From an uncultured Christensenellaceae bacterium (GTDB lineage: Bacteria > Bacillota > Clostridia > Christensenellales > UBA3700): a stretch of DNA of 64,000 bases. The DNA lies in the NCBI GenBank assembly GCA_910588015.1, contig CAJUOK010000003.1, positions 48,193-112,192 on the forward strand. The letters run 5' to 3'. The notes beneath the pieces are model-generated. The model saw only the letters and a list, made by a program, of their open reading frames with translations. It was not told the DNA's origin and made no database searches. Position numbers and translations under genes: made by a program. Below, piece after piece: positions 36,901 to 46,742 of the stretch; within the stretch, counting starts at the first letter, position 1, and the number at the start of each line of letters is the position of its first letter.

Positions 36901-37189
36901 AAATATGCTGTGCGTACACAGTTATCGTTCCGTTTATCGGGAGCGATATTTTATAGATACGAAACGCCTGTGCCGCCTTGGTATCGTTCGGCTTCGCTTT
37001 GATTATCCTGTCTTTGCGTATTTCGTTGTACAGCCGACCACTTGACGGATATTGCAGTTTGCACTCGAATGTACCATTGCGTTCTTCCGTAACCTCACAA
37101 GTGAGCGTTTCCGTCAATGCCCCAATTCCAAACGTGCTGAAATCGGTGACATCTGCTTTAAATAAAATCGGTATCATAAGCACACCCAC
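33977..37189 (-). CDS. Tail-associated endopeptidase / tail fibre protein (1070 aa) with collagen-like AQTSAN repeats.
   Basis: Position after Dit; N-terminal Prophage_tail-like region; central repeats TANQAQTSANKAQTSANQAQTSADKAQTTADNAQT; Ser/Thr/Gly-rich C-terminus. Confidence 0.6.
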   Translation of the reverse strand: MGVLMIPILFKADVTDFSTFGIGALTETLTCEVTEERNGTFECKLQYPSSGRLYNEIRKDRIIKAKPNDTKAAQAFRIYKISLPINGTITVYAQHISYDLSGVGIMPFERKAITPQMAMEYVLANATTPHNFTFQTDYSAAKDFSVKKPKSIRACLGGEEGSVLSLWGGEYEWDNFEIKHHQGRGEHTDVVIEYGKNLTKFSHESEDSEVYTEVLPFAFMKNEEDEETLITLPETTVPIENSQLLHKKTLILDLTDSFEDGTLITEEMLRNKTLSYIESHSLDAPVPNITISFEPLWQQPEYAAVMERLSLCDTVTIKHSVLGVTAKAKVIKTVYNTLAEKYTSVSLGSAKANLMNTIKQSTEELEKVIDKANASANRVPMLINSAIRKATDLLTGQTGGYVVLHTYTETGQPYELLILDAPKIEDAVNVWRWNVNGLGFSSKGYNGPYETAITADGRIVADFISSGTLVANIIKAGTISSVDNSSFWNLDTGEVVLKAYATTETVEKVETAANQAQSTANQAQTSANKAQTSANQAQTSADKAQTTADNAQTAVDGLASDVGVLAGNVGNLTASVKTLTTKQATLESNVDGLTSSVSAVTTRVTTAEGKLVSVTSELSTLKQTTTQISAEVAKKVDETYGSSSSSFGWVLKSTGFYVYSNASTVMSITSSGLSVVGAIDATSGSIGNLTIDGYLYFGGNSSYYISANYNDSNYYINLPGLRIDKASTAVFSGKLSAPSGTIGGFTISTNKIYKTKTTYSDANTGVYLGTDGIGLGAGTFYVTAAGKLYATNAEISGTITATSGTIGGFTINSSSLTNASGGSSIQITSGNYTTYLGANNCYSRYQESLGSRGWSLSHSAITISSYTSSVYCGIKIQPSYQKRTSYSSNGNTTIAEGCITTYSIQSYYVDQGSTVGSVAPFILGISRSYMKSPYAAQYEWGAYLRFASHTLAELVYDSYYGGTWRLRNAYNGKTYDLVGHKFYFWTYYSSVANDSRVSITSSTHGLTSVSGAIVIPREKSTPGSSGSLSGDKNLINGVSRYGVYISGTTVYVICDTSTLSNGFFCLIYGS

Positions 37190-37902
37190 CTTGGTATGAT
37201 TTCAATACTCGTTATTGCACCTTCAAACGCTATCGTATTTCTGCCGGGGTAAAGGATAGGAAACCCTTCTCCGCTTACAGTGTCATTCTTCGTTTGCGTA
37301 TCGTGATAGAAATTCATCTGCTCACTGTCAGCTTCCGTAAAACCATTGAGCGTTTTGAAAGTCCATATTTTATTCGAGGTATCCGACTGAATGATAAGTG
37401 TTCCTTCGCCCCTTCCATTTACCTTTATGTACGGCTTTGCATTGAATGGATACGGGTTGATAAGCGTGAGAGTTTCTGTACTTTCTATCTTGCGTTGCCC
37501 TTCGTTCGAATACCTAAACGGATAACAGGAAAAGTAAATCGTGAAAGTTCCTATTCTTCTACACTGCTCGGCAATATCCAGTTTGTTGCTGATTACTGCC
37601 TTGCGGAAAAAGAGCTTGTCGTAGCTATCCGTTAAAACATGGTATCTGTCAGGTTCGGTATAGAGCCACGCCTTTATAGCAGTCAATTTTTCGCCAAGCG
37701 CGTCAATACTCTTTGCCGGCACAAAGCAAGTGTAAGATACAGTTGCGTTCGAAAACCGTCCGCTCGGCACTAGCAGTTCTCCATCCCTACCAGGTATGGA
37801 AACACTGCTGATGTCGTACTTCGGCGCTGAATATATGCTCTTGGACTGTATGCGGATGCCCATATCCGCTGACGATATTCCGTTGTAAGTGAATTGAATC
37901 AT
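37174..37902 (-). CDS. Distal tail protein (Dit, siphovirus tail component).
   Basis: Position between the TMP and the tail endopeptidase; size 242 aa. Confidence 0.55.
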   Translation of the reverse strand: MIQFTYNGISSADMGIRIQSKSIYSAPKYDISSVSIPGRDGELLVPSGRFSNATVSYTCFVPAKSIDALGEKLTAIKAWLYTEPDRYHVLTDSYDKLFFRKAVISNKLDIAEQCRRIGTFTIYFSCYPFRYSNEGQRKIESTETLTLINPYPFNAKPYIKVNGRGEGTLIIQSDTSNKIWTFKTLNGFTEADSEQMNFYHDTQTKNDTVSGEGFPILYPGRNTIAFEGAITSIEIIPRWVCL

Positions 37903-40640
37903 TATGCGAATACTGCTCCTTTTCTTTTCATAAAATTGCCCGCCGTTTCCATTATTTCGTTAGTTAGGTCGGCTATATCCTCGCTCGAATAGTTATTGAA
38001 TTGGTCGATGTAGAGTTGAATGGTTATTCCGCTGTTCCCTGCAATCGCACCGCTTTGCACCCCGCTTGTTACGCTTGAAACATTGAAGTCCGTAGGAACT
38101 CCTGACATATACGCATTTAGGTCATTGAACACCGAATTCAAATCTTCGGTCATCGCATTTGCGCTGTCGATTACATCCCCGGCGGTCTCGTCAATTCCAA
38201 CCGCAAGTCCCTCCATAAGCATATCGCCTATGAACGCCATCTTTTTAGAAGGCGAGTGAATTCCGAAGAAGTTCTTGATTCCATTCCACAGGTTTTTCGC
38301 CCAACCGCTGACCTTATCCCAAATCCATCCCGCAAGGCTCTGAATTCCTTCCCATAATCCACGCACAAGGTTTGCACCGATTTCTACGAATGAACTGATG
38401 CCTTGCGCAAATCCGTTGACGAGAGCTTTGATGATTTGAGGAACTGCCTTCACAAGCTCCACGATTATTTGAGGAAGATTGGCAATCAGCGACAAGAACA
38501 GTTGAATGCCCGCCTGGATAAGTTGCGGAATCGAGCCGAGGATGGCTTCGATAATTCCGTTTATAATTTGCGGAATTGCTTCTACTATCGCCGTTATTAT
38601 TTCGGGCAAAGCCGCCACAAGCGAAATTAAAAGCTGAATACCCGCTTGTATAATCAAAGGAATTGCACCGATAACCGCATCGATTATCCCCGATATAATC
38701 TGGGGTATAGCACCCACAATTGCAAGGATGATGTCTGGCAACGCTCCTATGAGCGCAGTCAGCAATTGTATCCCCGCATCAATAATGAGCGGTATTGCGG
38801 TCAGCACGGCTTCGATTATCCCCGAAATAATCTCGGGAATTACCGCAACAATGGCTTCTATGATTTCAGGCAGTGCCGCCACGAGCGAAGTCAAAAGCTG
38901 TATGCCCGCATCAATTATCTCCGGGATTGCCCCAAGAATAAAATTGACTATTGCTAGAATAATTTCGGGCAGTGCTTTGATGATTATAGGGATTGCATCA
39001 AGGATACCTTGCGCCACTCCCTTTATAAGCTGAAGCACCGCCTTTAAAATCGTAGGCAGATTGTTGATGAGCGTCTTGGCAACTTGCATTATCACTTGCA
39101 CAACGGCTGGTATCAGCTTCGGCATTGCCTTTGCAAGACCCTCGACAAGCGTTTCTATAACTTTCAGCGCCGCATCGATAAACAGCGGAAGTTGGTCGAT
39201 TATTCCGTCCACCAACGCAAGAACCAACTGCAACGCCCCGTCCGCAATCTGCGGTAAGGCGGAAATCAGTCCGTTGAGAATGGTAAAGATTATCTGCGAA
39301 ACTGCGCTCATTATCATCGGCAAATTATCAACGATAGCCTTGCCAAATGAGCCAACAACGGACACTATCAAGTCCAAAATCTGCGGAACATACTGCATCA
39401 CAGTGTTCAGTGCTTTCGGTAAAATATCACTTATGACATCAGCCATTTTACTGATGTCCCCACCACATTCATTTATCCCTTTCGCAAAGTCCCCTAGAAG
39501 GTCAACCCCTGCGCCAGAGAGCTGTGTTAATATGGGAAGCAATACTGTACCGAGAGCGTTCTTCGCTGCTGTTGCGCCCGTGGTTAGTTTTTGAAGTTGG
39601 TCATCGTATGCGCCATAAGCCGAAAGCGTATCGTCCGAAAGGACATAACCCGCCTTTCGGGCTTCTTCGCCAAGCTCTGCCATTTTACCCGCACCCGCCG
39701 TTATTAACGGATTGAGTTCCTGTGCCGACTTGCCGAGTATCTGCATTGCAATAGCATCGCGCTCGGTTTCGTTTTCTATCTTGCCCAGTGCTTCGATTAC
39801 TTCCCAATAAACGGTATCGCTATCTCGAAGATTACCTTCCGCATCCAATGCCGAAACTCCCAGTTTCTCGTAGGCTTCAACAGAGAGCTTCGTTCCATCC
39901 TGTACGGCTTTCATGCTCTTTATCTGCTTCGCCATTGACTTGGTCAGCGTTTCGGTTGAGACATCGATAAGCTCCGCCGCATACATATACTCTTGCAATT
40001 TATCCGTAGCAATGCCTGTTACAGTTGATTCGGTAAGTACAGTATCAGCATAGGCAGCACCTTCCCTTGTCATATCGACCAGTGCTTTGCCCGCCGCTAT
40101 TGCGGCAGCGGAAACGGCAGCAAAGGCGGCTGTAATTGCACCAGCCACACCTTTACATACGCTGCCGAGAGCTTCCATCTTGGGCGAAGATTCGTCCGCT
40201 TGATTACCAGCGTCCTCAATTTCATCGCCCATTTTATCAGCAGATTTTTTCGCATCGTCCATTCCCGAACTTGTGTTATCAAGAGCCGACTTGTTTTGCT
40301 TCAGCTCTTTTTCCATTCCGTTCAGTTCTGCTTGCGCATTATTAAGTTGTACTTGCCAAGCCTGGGTTCGCTTGTCCGTTTCGCCAAATGACGATGCAGC
40401 ATTTTGGAGTGCCGAACGCAAAACTTCAATCTTCTGCTTCTGGGCTTCGATTGACTTTTCCAGCACTTCGTTCCGTGCCGTTAGCGCCTGGGCGGATTGG
40501 TCGTTCTTGTCGAACTGACTATCCACTAGCTTCATTTCCGAACCTAGCACCTTGAAGGCTTGGTTTATCTCGGAAAGTTGAGACTTGAACTCTTTCTCGC
40601 CTTCAAGCCCTATCTTTAAGCCGAAATTCTCCAATGCCAT
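37902..40640 (-). CDS. Tail tape measure protein (912 aa).
   Basis: Long helical protein with about 9 tandem repeats (AIPEIIDAGIQLLTSLVAALPEII...). Follows the G/GT chaperone pair. Confidence 0.75.
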   Translation of the reverse strand: MALENFGLKIGLEGEKEFKSQLSEINQAFKVLGSEMKLVDSQFDKNDQSAQALTARNEVLEKSIEAQKQKIEVLRSALQNAASSFGETDKRTQAWQVQLNNAQAELNGMEKELKQNKSALDNTSSGMDDAKKSADKMGDEIEDAGNQADESSPKMEALGSVCKGVAGAITAAFAAVSAAAIAAGKALVDMTREGAAYADTVLTESTVTGIATDKLQEYMYAAELIDVSTETLTKSMAKQIKSMKAVQDGTKLSVEAYEKLGVSALDAEGNLRDSDTVYWEVIEALGKIENETERDAIAMQILGKSAQELNPLITAGAGKMAELGEEARKAGYVLSDDTLSAYGAYDDQLQKLTTGATAAKNALGTVLLPILTQLSGAGVDLLGDFAKGINECGGDISKMADVISDILPKALNTVMQYVPQILDLIVSVVGSFGKAIVDNLPMIMSAVSQIIFTILNGLISALPQIADGALQLVLALVDGIIDQLPLFIDAALKVIETLVEGLAKAMPKLIPAVVQVIMQVAKTLINNLPTILKAVLQLIKGVAQGILDAIPIIIKALPEIILAIVNFILGAIPEIIDAGIQLLTSLVAALPEIIEAIVAVIPEIISGIIEAVLTAIPLIIDAGIQLLTALIGALPDIILAIVGAIPQIISGIIDAVIGAIPLIIQAGIQLLISLVAALPEIITAIVEAIPQIINGIIEAILGSIPQLIQAGIQLFLSLIANLPQIIVELVKAVPQIIKALVNGFAQGISSFVEIGANLVRGLWEGIQSLAGWIWDKVSGWAKNLWNGIKNFFGIHSPSKKMAFIGDMLMEGLAVGIDETAGDVIDSANAMTEDLNSVFNDLNAYMSGVPTDFNVSSVTSGVQSGAIAGNSGITIQLYIDQFNNYSSEDIADLTNEIMETAGNFMKRKGAVFA

Positions 40641-40646
40641 TTTGCG

Positions 40647-41224
40647 TTCACCTCCTTTTTAGATTCCATCGGGTATGATGTCATCTATGAACACCTCTAC
40701 CTTCGGTTTTGAAATTCCGTAGTATTGCTTGTGGCATTCCCATAAATCCAATAGTAAGCCGAAAGGCATCAGCCAAACTTCGTCTTGCGTTAGGTGTAAA
40801 TGCGCCAAGCCATAATAAAGTAGACGAGTAAACAACTCAACGTCATTTACCCGTCCACCCCGTTTTTTGATTCTTCGCTCTCCACGTTACGTCTTGTACC
40901 TTTGAAAAGACACTGCGTTATCGCATCCTTGAAAGTTGCAAGGTCGGTGGGAGTCGTTAACAACTCCACTTCTTCCTCGGTAAGAAGCTGTTTTTCGTTG
41001 CCCTTGTTGCGAAGATTGAAAATAAGAATCGCTTGATTCGCAAGGGTTACGATAAGCCACACGACTTCGTCAAGTGCTTGTTCAAAGTTCTCACTCTTCA
41101 TCAGCTTCTCGCCCAGGTTTTCCAAACCGCCGTAACGACCAGCGATTGCCTTTGTTGCCTTTGTCGTAAGGATGAGTTCATAATCCTTGCCGCCGATATT
41201 AATGCTTACAGCTCTCTCGTCCAT
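40647..41224 (-). CDS. Tail assembly chaperone pair (G: 40847..41224; GT extension to about 40647 via a -1 frameshift at A_AAA_AAC).
   Basis: Zero frame ends ...EESKNGVDG*. The heptamer AAAAAAC (comp. 40862-40868) sits 4 codons before the stop. The -1 frame continues about 70 codons to a TAA at about 40647, just before the TMP RBS. Confidence 0.55.
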
Positions 41225-42072
41225 CAGTTGCCTCCTCCGCCACTATGACTGCGTGTGGTTGTAGTAGATGTATTGCCTGTCTCTTCTTCATCGTTTCTTT
41301 CCGCTTCGGGTAATCCGCCGAGACCCAAAGGAACATCCGTATCATCTCCCTCTTCCGTTACCCGTCCAGGCTCATCGATAAAACTGCCGCTCCCCGAGTT
41401 ATCTGTTTCCGTTGTAGGTGTCGTACCGCCATTGGTATCCGTTTTATTTGCTGAATTTGCGGCTACTCCGCCGCTTGCTTCGCTGCCTGTCGTGGATGTT
41501 CCATAACTCGGTTCATACACCTCGTCATACCACTTGTTAACTACCGCAGCGTTTTCCGCCGATTCGGTAACCTCTGCTTTCCAAGGATGATTTTTCTTTC
41601 CGTCAAGTTTATTCCTACGAAAGATAGTGCCTTCGATAGTCGGCGTCTGGAAAGAAATCGAATCGCCCTTTGTAGCAAGGTTGGTCGCAGGCACACCGAA
41701 CAGCACTCTGTAAAGCCAATAATACTTATACTTTCCGTTCGCCTTTTTTGCTCTGAAACCTACCGCTACATATTTTGCGGTATCTTCGGAACCCGAAATA
41801 AGCACACCCTTATTGTCGAGCGTTGCTCCAACAAGGTCTGCCGCTACCTCGTGTCCTATATCATCCACGCCGAGCGAGAGTGTTCCGCTTTTGAACTCTT
41901 TGACCGCTTCCGCCTGTCCGTCATCGGCATAGAGCGTGGCTTCGTTGAGTTCAACCGACAAGTCCGCCGAGATTGCTTTTGCAAGCTGCTTCGGCTTTCC
42001 GTAGGTTTCGTTGCCGTTTGCATCCTCGGTAATATCGGCATAGAAAAGTTTATCAAGACCGATTGTTGCCAT
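41224..42072 (-). CDS. Major tail protein (phi13-family-like).
   Basis: Position; MATIGLDKLFYADITEDANGNETYGKP...; Thr/Gly-rich C-terminus. Confidence 0.7.
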   Translation of the reverse strand: MATIGLDKLFYADITEDANGNETYGKPKQLAKAISADLSVELNEATLYADDGQAEAVKEFKSGTLSLGVDDIGHEVAADLVGATLDNKGVLISGSEDTAKYVAVGFRAKKANGKYKYYWLYRVLFGVPATNLATKGDSISFQTPTIEGTIFRRNKLDGKKNHPWKAEVTESAENAAVVNKWYDEVYEPSYGTSTTGSEASGGVAANSANKTDTNGGTTPTTETDNSGSGSFIDEPGRVTEEGDDTDVPLGLGGLPEAERNDEEETGNTSTTTTRSHSGGGGN

Positions 42073-42075
42073 TTT

Positions 42076-42420
42076 TTAGTCCTCCATTATTTCGTAATTT
42101 TTAGCTACGTCGATTGTGTACTGATGGTAGCCTACACCAGTATCAAAACCGTTATATCTCCTACCCGTGATACAGAAATCTGCGGATAGGAGTTTAGCGG
42201 TTATTTTGTTTTTGAGTTTAATATAGTTTTCTTTAGAAAAAAGCGTTATGCGCAGTTCTTGCAAATCGGTCTGCGGCATATCATCTGCGTTAAGCGGAAA
42301 TGTATCCGTCAGCGGTACTAACACGATATAGGTATCGGGTGCTTCGCTCTTGAATACACCCGTCTCTATGGGAATGCCGAGAGCTTTTAACACTTCGTTG
42401 GTATCTTCGAGAATGTTCAT
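42076..42420 (-). CDS. Tail component / tail completion protein.
   Basis: Position and size. Confidence 0.4.
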   Translation of the reverse strand: MNILEDTNEVLKALGIPIETGVFKSEAPDTYIVLVPLTDTFPLNADDMPQTDLQELRITLFSKENYIKLKNKITAKLLSADFCITGRRYNGFDTGVGYHQYTIDVAKNYEIMED

Positions 42421-42827
42421 AGCTTCTTTATCTCCTTTTCGAGCGTGTCAACCATAGTATCGATGCACTGTGATTTGCTTTGACTTTTAGCGGGTTTTAG
42501 AAAAGGTCTTGCTGGCTGATTATATTTCCCGTATTCGAGAATGTTTGCAACCATCGCATTCGAGCTGCCGTCCTTTCTCGGCTCGTCAAAACCGAGCTTT
42601 ATGTTCGGATTGCCTTCTCTGTCCAACCGCACTCCCGACAAACCAAGTGCTGATACAAGCTCTCCTGAACTTTGACCGCTCAATACCGAGTTAAGATTGC
42701 TCCGCGTCTTTTGCAGAACCACTTCGCCACCAGCTTGAAGCACTTTCTCGCTGACCTCGTCCATATGGCTTCCTAACGCAGATATCTTTTTGAGAAAATC
42801 TTCGGGGAGCTTGTATGTGCATTTAGC
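42417..42827 (-). CDS. HK97 gp10-like tail-component protein (the track ORF extends spuriously to 43118).
   Basis: MAKCTYKLPEDFLKKISALGSHMDEVSEK...; gene order. Confidence 0.5.
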   Translation of the reverse strand, partial: AKCTYKLPEDFLKKISALGSHMDEVSEKVLQAGGEVVLQKTRSNLNSVLSGQSSGELVSALGLSGVRLDREGNPNIKLGFDEPRKDGSSNAMVANILEYGKYNQPARPFLKPAKSQSKSQCIDTMVDTLEKEIKKL

Positions 42828-43158
42828 CATTTGATGCCTCCACACGTTTTGCGAGGACTTCCGTGTACATATTCCGCCCTTTGACATTTTCAACGGAAAG
42901 GATATCGTAACGACTGCCTTCGCAGAGAATATAATGCTTTGTAGTAACTTTAAGATTTGGTATCCGCCGAAACCGAAACAGCTCCGTAGCCTCCGTAAAA
43001 GCCGCCAGATTCGCCCAACGTTCGCTTCCGTGCCGACCTTCGACAAACACTCGCATCTCGGCAACAACCGCCACAGTTTTGAAATTAAAGCCTTCTTTGT
43101 CGATGTCTTCCCTTTCAATGCAGAGTTGTGCTTTCTTATTCATTAACCCCAGTGCCAT
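42823..43158 (-). CDS. Head closure / head-tail adaptor.
   Basis: Position; 111 aa. Confidence 0.4.
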   Translation of the reverse strand: MALGLMNKKAQLCIEREDIDKEGFNFKTVAVVAEMRVFVEGRHGSERWANLAAFTEATELFRFRRIPNLKVTTKHYILCEGSRYDILSVENVKGRNMYTEVLAKRVEASNG

Positions 43159-43160
43159 GG

Positions 43161-43487
43161 TTACACCTTCCAGTCTCTATCTAAAATCAAGAGCCGATTT
43201 ACAGTGTTCCAAACCTCCGCTGCCGCTTGGGGAGAGTTAGCGAAAAAGCCTGCCGTAGAGCCATCCCTACTTTCGTAGAAATGGCTGGCAAGCATTACCA
43301 CACCTTGGGTGGTCGTTTCGCTCATTTCGTTGGTTTTATAGTAGTCGCGCTCCAAGTGCTGATAGCTTTCGGCATAGGATATGGCGGCAGCAATGTAAGC
43401 GCAGATGATTCCGTCATCATCGGTAAAGTCGATTATTAAATTTTTCTTGACTCGCTCTAAAATTGCGTTATCTTCCATTACTGCCAC
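43161..43487 (-). CDS. gp6-like head-tail connector.
   Basis: Position after the capsid gene; 108 aa. Confidence 0.55.
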   Translation of the reverse strand: MAVMEDNAILERVKKNLIIDFTDDDGIICAYIAAAISYAESYQHLERDYYKTNEMSETTTQGVVMLASHFYESRDGSTAGFFANSPQAAAEVWNTVNRLLILDRDWKV

Positions 43488-43502
43488 CTCCTATGTGATT
43501 GC

Positions 43503-44712
43503 TTACGAACCCGCCTTAATCTGTAAAATCTTGACGGCTTCGGGAAGCACAAGTCTTGCATCGACTCTCTTGGTTGCCAAGAAGCCAATCTGTCCCCTGT
43601 CTGCATAGAGTTCGTTGAGACGTTTGAAAGTGATGCCCGTTCTGTCCCCAATCCAATAGTAGGAAAGGTCACCGAACGCAATAACCTTCGCACCCGCCGC
43701 TACGCCGGGGATGGAGTTCGTAGTGTACACGGGTCTGCCGAGAAGCGTATCGGGAAGTCCGACTTGCAACGAAGGCTGCCAGATGTACTGCTTGTTCTCG
43801 TCCTTGAGTTTTCTTACCGCCTGGATGGTAGTATCGTTCAAAAGCCATACAGCTTTCTTGCGGTAAGGTGCGCGTAAACTGTGATAAAGGTCGATAAGTT
43901 CGTCAGCCGTAATGGTTGCGCCTGCCGTGGTTACGCCGACTTCGCCGCCTTCCTTCTCATCGAAAATACCGAACGGTCTGTCCGTACCCGTACCCGATAC
44001 AAACGCATCTTCCTCTGCGTTGGAAATCTGCCTCGCAAACTCCTGACTGAAATACGATTCAAGGTCGAATGCCGAGTCGTTCAAGAGTTCTTCCGAAACC
44101 TTAATGAGCGCAGTCAGTTTGTGTGCGCCGATGGACTTCTCGGAAAACTTGTGCGTGGTCTCGGGAATCTGTGCGCCTTCGTCCGTCCACGATGCCGCGC
44201 CGTGCGCCGAGACAACGGGAATCTTGTGTGCGCCCGATGCCGTTTCAAAGACGTGCGCAAGTTTGCGGATAATGAGCGTGTCGTTCAGCCCGTCAACGAG
44301 CGTTCTCTCGAAAGTGTCGGGTACAAGGAAACCGCCATCGGCGTCCGTGCCTTCCGACAAAGCGTTCAAAACATCCGCCGAGGGCATTTTGCTGCGCATA
44401 GCGTTCCAGAAGTTCTTTTTATAACCCTTGGATGCTCTGCCCTTCTTCTCGTCTTCCTCGGCGGTTGCCGTCATAGGCTTGCCCGTCAAAGGTGCTGCAA
44501 CGGGTTTGTTGAGTTCCGCCTCGATTGCTTCCTTGCGTTCTCTGCGCTTGATTTCGGTGGTTAAATCCTCGAGGTCTTTTTCCATCTTGTTGTAGGTGGC
44601 ATCGTCTTCCGCCGAAAGCACACCATTGTCGTTTGCGTGGGTGTCAAGGAACGACTCCATTGCACTCCACAGTTTTGCCCTGCTGTCTCTTAATTCAGCG
44701 ATAGTTTTCATT
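43503..44712 (-). CDS. Major capsid protein, HK97 family (ATG at 44712 with GGAGG RBS).
   Basis: Size and position after the protease; HK97-like sequence pattern. Confidence 0.75.
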
Positions 44713-44728
44713 TTTAATTCCTCCAAAA

Positions 44729-45475
44729 TTAAATAAATTTTTTGATTTTTTGAAGCTCACTCATAAGCTCCGAGATTTTCCGTCCCTGGGGAACGGGTTC
44801 GTCAGTTGTTGCATTTTTTGCAACTACTGACATTGCCTTGTCTTTCGTTACCTTGGCGGTTATTCTGCCCCACAGTGCGTTGTCCGTCTCCTTGGTGGAA
44901 AACATAAACGGCTCGGCGGCGGTTTTCTTTTCGTCTTCCAAAATACCGTCCGCAAAACCAAGCTCTACTGCTTTTCTTACATTCATCCACGTTTCGTTTT
45001 CCATAAGGTGGGAAAGCACTGCTCTCGACTGTCCCGTCTTAATTTCGTAAGCATTGATGATGGACTGTTTCACTTCTTCCAACAGGTCGATGGCTTTCTG
45101 CATATCGTTGTGATCACCGAACGCCGCAGTCGAAGGATTGTGAATCATCATAAGCGCCGTGGGACTCATCAACACCTTCGTTCCAGCCATAGCGATTACG
45201 CTTGCCGCCGAAGCCGCGATTCCGTCAATCTTGACAGTGACTTCCCCTGCATAGTCCATAAGCATCGAGTAAATTTGGCTTGCTGCTACGCAATCTCCGC
45301 CGGGACTGTTAATCCATATCGTGACTGCGCCGCTTCCTGCGTTCAACTCGTCCTTGAACATTTGCGGAGTAATGTCATCGTCAAACCACGACTCATCCGC
45401 TATCGTTCCGTTAAGCTCAAGAACTCTCTCGGGTGTTTCGCCGTCTTGGTTTTTCCAATTCCAAAACTTCCTCAT
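44729..45475 (-). CDS. ClpP-like (S14) prohead protease.
   Basis: GSGAVTIWINSPGGD...AASAASVIAMAG...MMIHNP. Confidence 0.7.
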   Translation of the reverse strand: MRKFWNWKNQDGETPERVLELNGTIADESWFDDDITPQMFKDELNAGSGAVTIWINSPGGDCVAASQIYSMLMDYAGEVTVKIDGIAASAASVIAMAGTKVLMSPTALMMIHNPSTAAFGDHNDMQKAIDLLEEVKQSIINAYEIKTGQSRAVLSHLMENETWMNVRKAVELGFADGILEDEKKTAAEPFMFSTKETDNALWGRITAKVTKDKAMSVVAKNATTDEPVPQGRKISELMSELQKIKKFI

Positions 45476-46733
45476 TGTCTGTCTCCTTTTCGTTATTTTT
45501 ATCTGCATAAGCACCTGCTTTTTCAAGCGGGAGCATATTGCCGTTTACTAGGTATAAGTCCCCGCCTTGCTCGGGCGATAACTTATCCAAGTCCTCAAGT
45601 TCCCGTATATCGTTTGCCGACATCCCGCCGTTCTGCCTTGCGATTGCATATCCGTTCATTCGGCTTTGGTAATCTCCACGCAACAAGCCTTCAAGGTTGA
45701 ATTTGAAGAAGTATCGCTTCTTCTCATCTTCCGAAAGCAGTGAGCGCGAAAGCGACTGTTCCCAACGAACTACCCACGGGTCAAGTGTGTATTTTACAAA
45801 CTCAAGGCTCTGTTGCTCGATATTAGAAAAGCTCGACTTTTCAAGGTCTCCAACCATATGCGGTGGCACTCTGAAAATTCGAGCTATTTCGTTGATTTGG
45901 AATTTACGGGTTTCAAGGAACTGCGCTTGCTCCGGCGAAATGGAAATCGGCGTGTACTTCATTCCTTCTTCAAGGACTGCTACTTTGCCCGAGTTACCGC
46001 TTCCGCCAAATTGCGACTGCCACGCTTCCCGAACCCTAGTCGGGTCTTTAATCGTGCCGGGATGTTCCAACACACCCGAAGGTGCTGCGCCGTTCGCAAA
46101 AAACTTACTGCCAAACTCCTCTGTCGCAATTGCCAAACCGATAGCGTTTTTTGCCATTGCTATAGGACTATACCCCACCAAACCATCAAAACCGAGTCCA
46201 GGAATATGCAAGACATCCTTTGGTTCAAGCACAACGGACGAGCCGTTCATCGTGTTCGGTTCGCAGTCGCTGCGTGTGTAGGTATAATAGAGTTTTCCGT
46301 TCTCGTCCCTATCCACCGACATCTTGTTCGGCATCAATGGATACAACGCAATTATCTCGCCCTTTCCGTTGCGGATTATCTGCGCATACGCATTTCCCCA
46401 AAGTAACAAGTGAGTCATCAGCGTTTCCCTGAAAACGAAAGAACTCATCTCGGGGTTCGGTTCATCGTGTAGCAAGTGGTACAAATTACTGTCGATTGCT
46501 TTCTCTTTCGAGCCGTCTTCCTTGTATCGGTAAAAGTGCAAAGGTAACCCCGCTACCGCTTCCGAAAGAATTCTTACGCAAGCATATACCGCAGTCATTT
46601 GCATTGCGCTGCGTTCGGTTACCGATTTGCCCGAGGACGAATTGCCCATAAAAAAGGTAAAGCTACTACCGACTGTCCTATCTTCGACCTTGGGTGCATC
46701 CCTCGACTTTTTTCTGTTCTTGAAAAGTCCCAT
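45417..46733 (-). CDS. Portal protein, HK97 family.
   Basis: Size 438 aa; position after TerL. Confidence 0.75.
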   Translation of the reverse strand: MGLFKNRKKSRDAPKVEDRTVGSSFTFFMGNSSSGKSVTERSAMQMTAVYACVRILSEAVAGLPLHFYRYKEDGSKEKAIDSNLYHLLHDEPNPEMSSFVFRETLMTHLLLWGNAYAQIIRNGKGEIIALYPLMPNKMSVDRDENGKLYYTYTRSDCEPNTMNGSSVVLEPKDVLHIPGLGFDGLVGYSPIAMAKNAIGLAIATEEFGSKFFANGAAPSGVLEHPGTIKDPTRVREAWQSQFGGSGNSGKVAVLEEGMKYTPISISPEQAQFLETRKFQINEIARIFRVPPHMVGDLEKSSFSNIEQQSLEFVKYTLDPWVVRWEQSLSRSLLSEDEKKRYFFKFNLEGLLRGDYQSRMNGYAIARQNGGMSANDIRELEDLDKLSPEQGGDLYLVNGNMLPLEKAGAYADKNNEKETDNEEVLELEKPRRRNTRESS

Positions 46734-46742
46734 AATCTCTCC

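Noticed and set aside
38020-40518. Cluster of plus-strand ORFs (38646..38957, 38728..39033, 39061..39594 and others) inside the tape-measure gene.
   Set aside because: Antisense or alternative-frame artefacts of the repetitive TMP coding sequence.
42417-43118. 233-aa version of the gp10-like ORF.
   Set aside because: Its N-terminal 97 residues overlap the adjacent head-closure gene and are Arg/Cys-rich junk. The true start is the internal Met with an RBS at about 42827.
43881-46406. Plus-strand ORFs 43881..44564, 45008..45700, 45697..46281 and 45813..46406.
   Set aside because: Antisense to the capsid, protease and portal genes; no RBS and low-complexity products.
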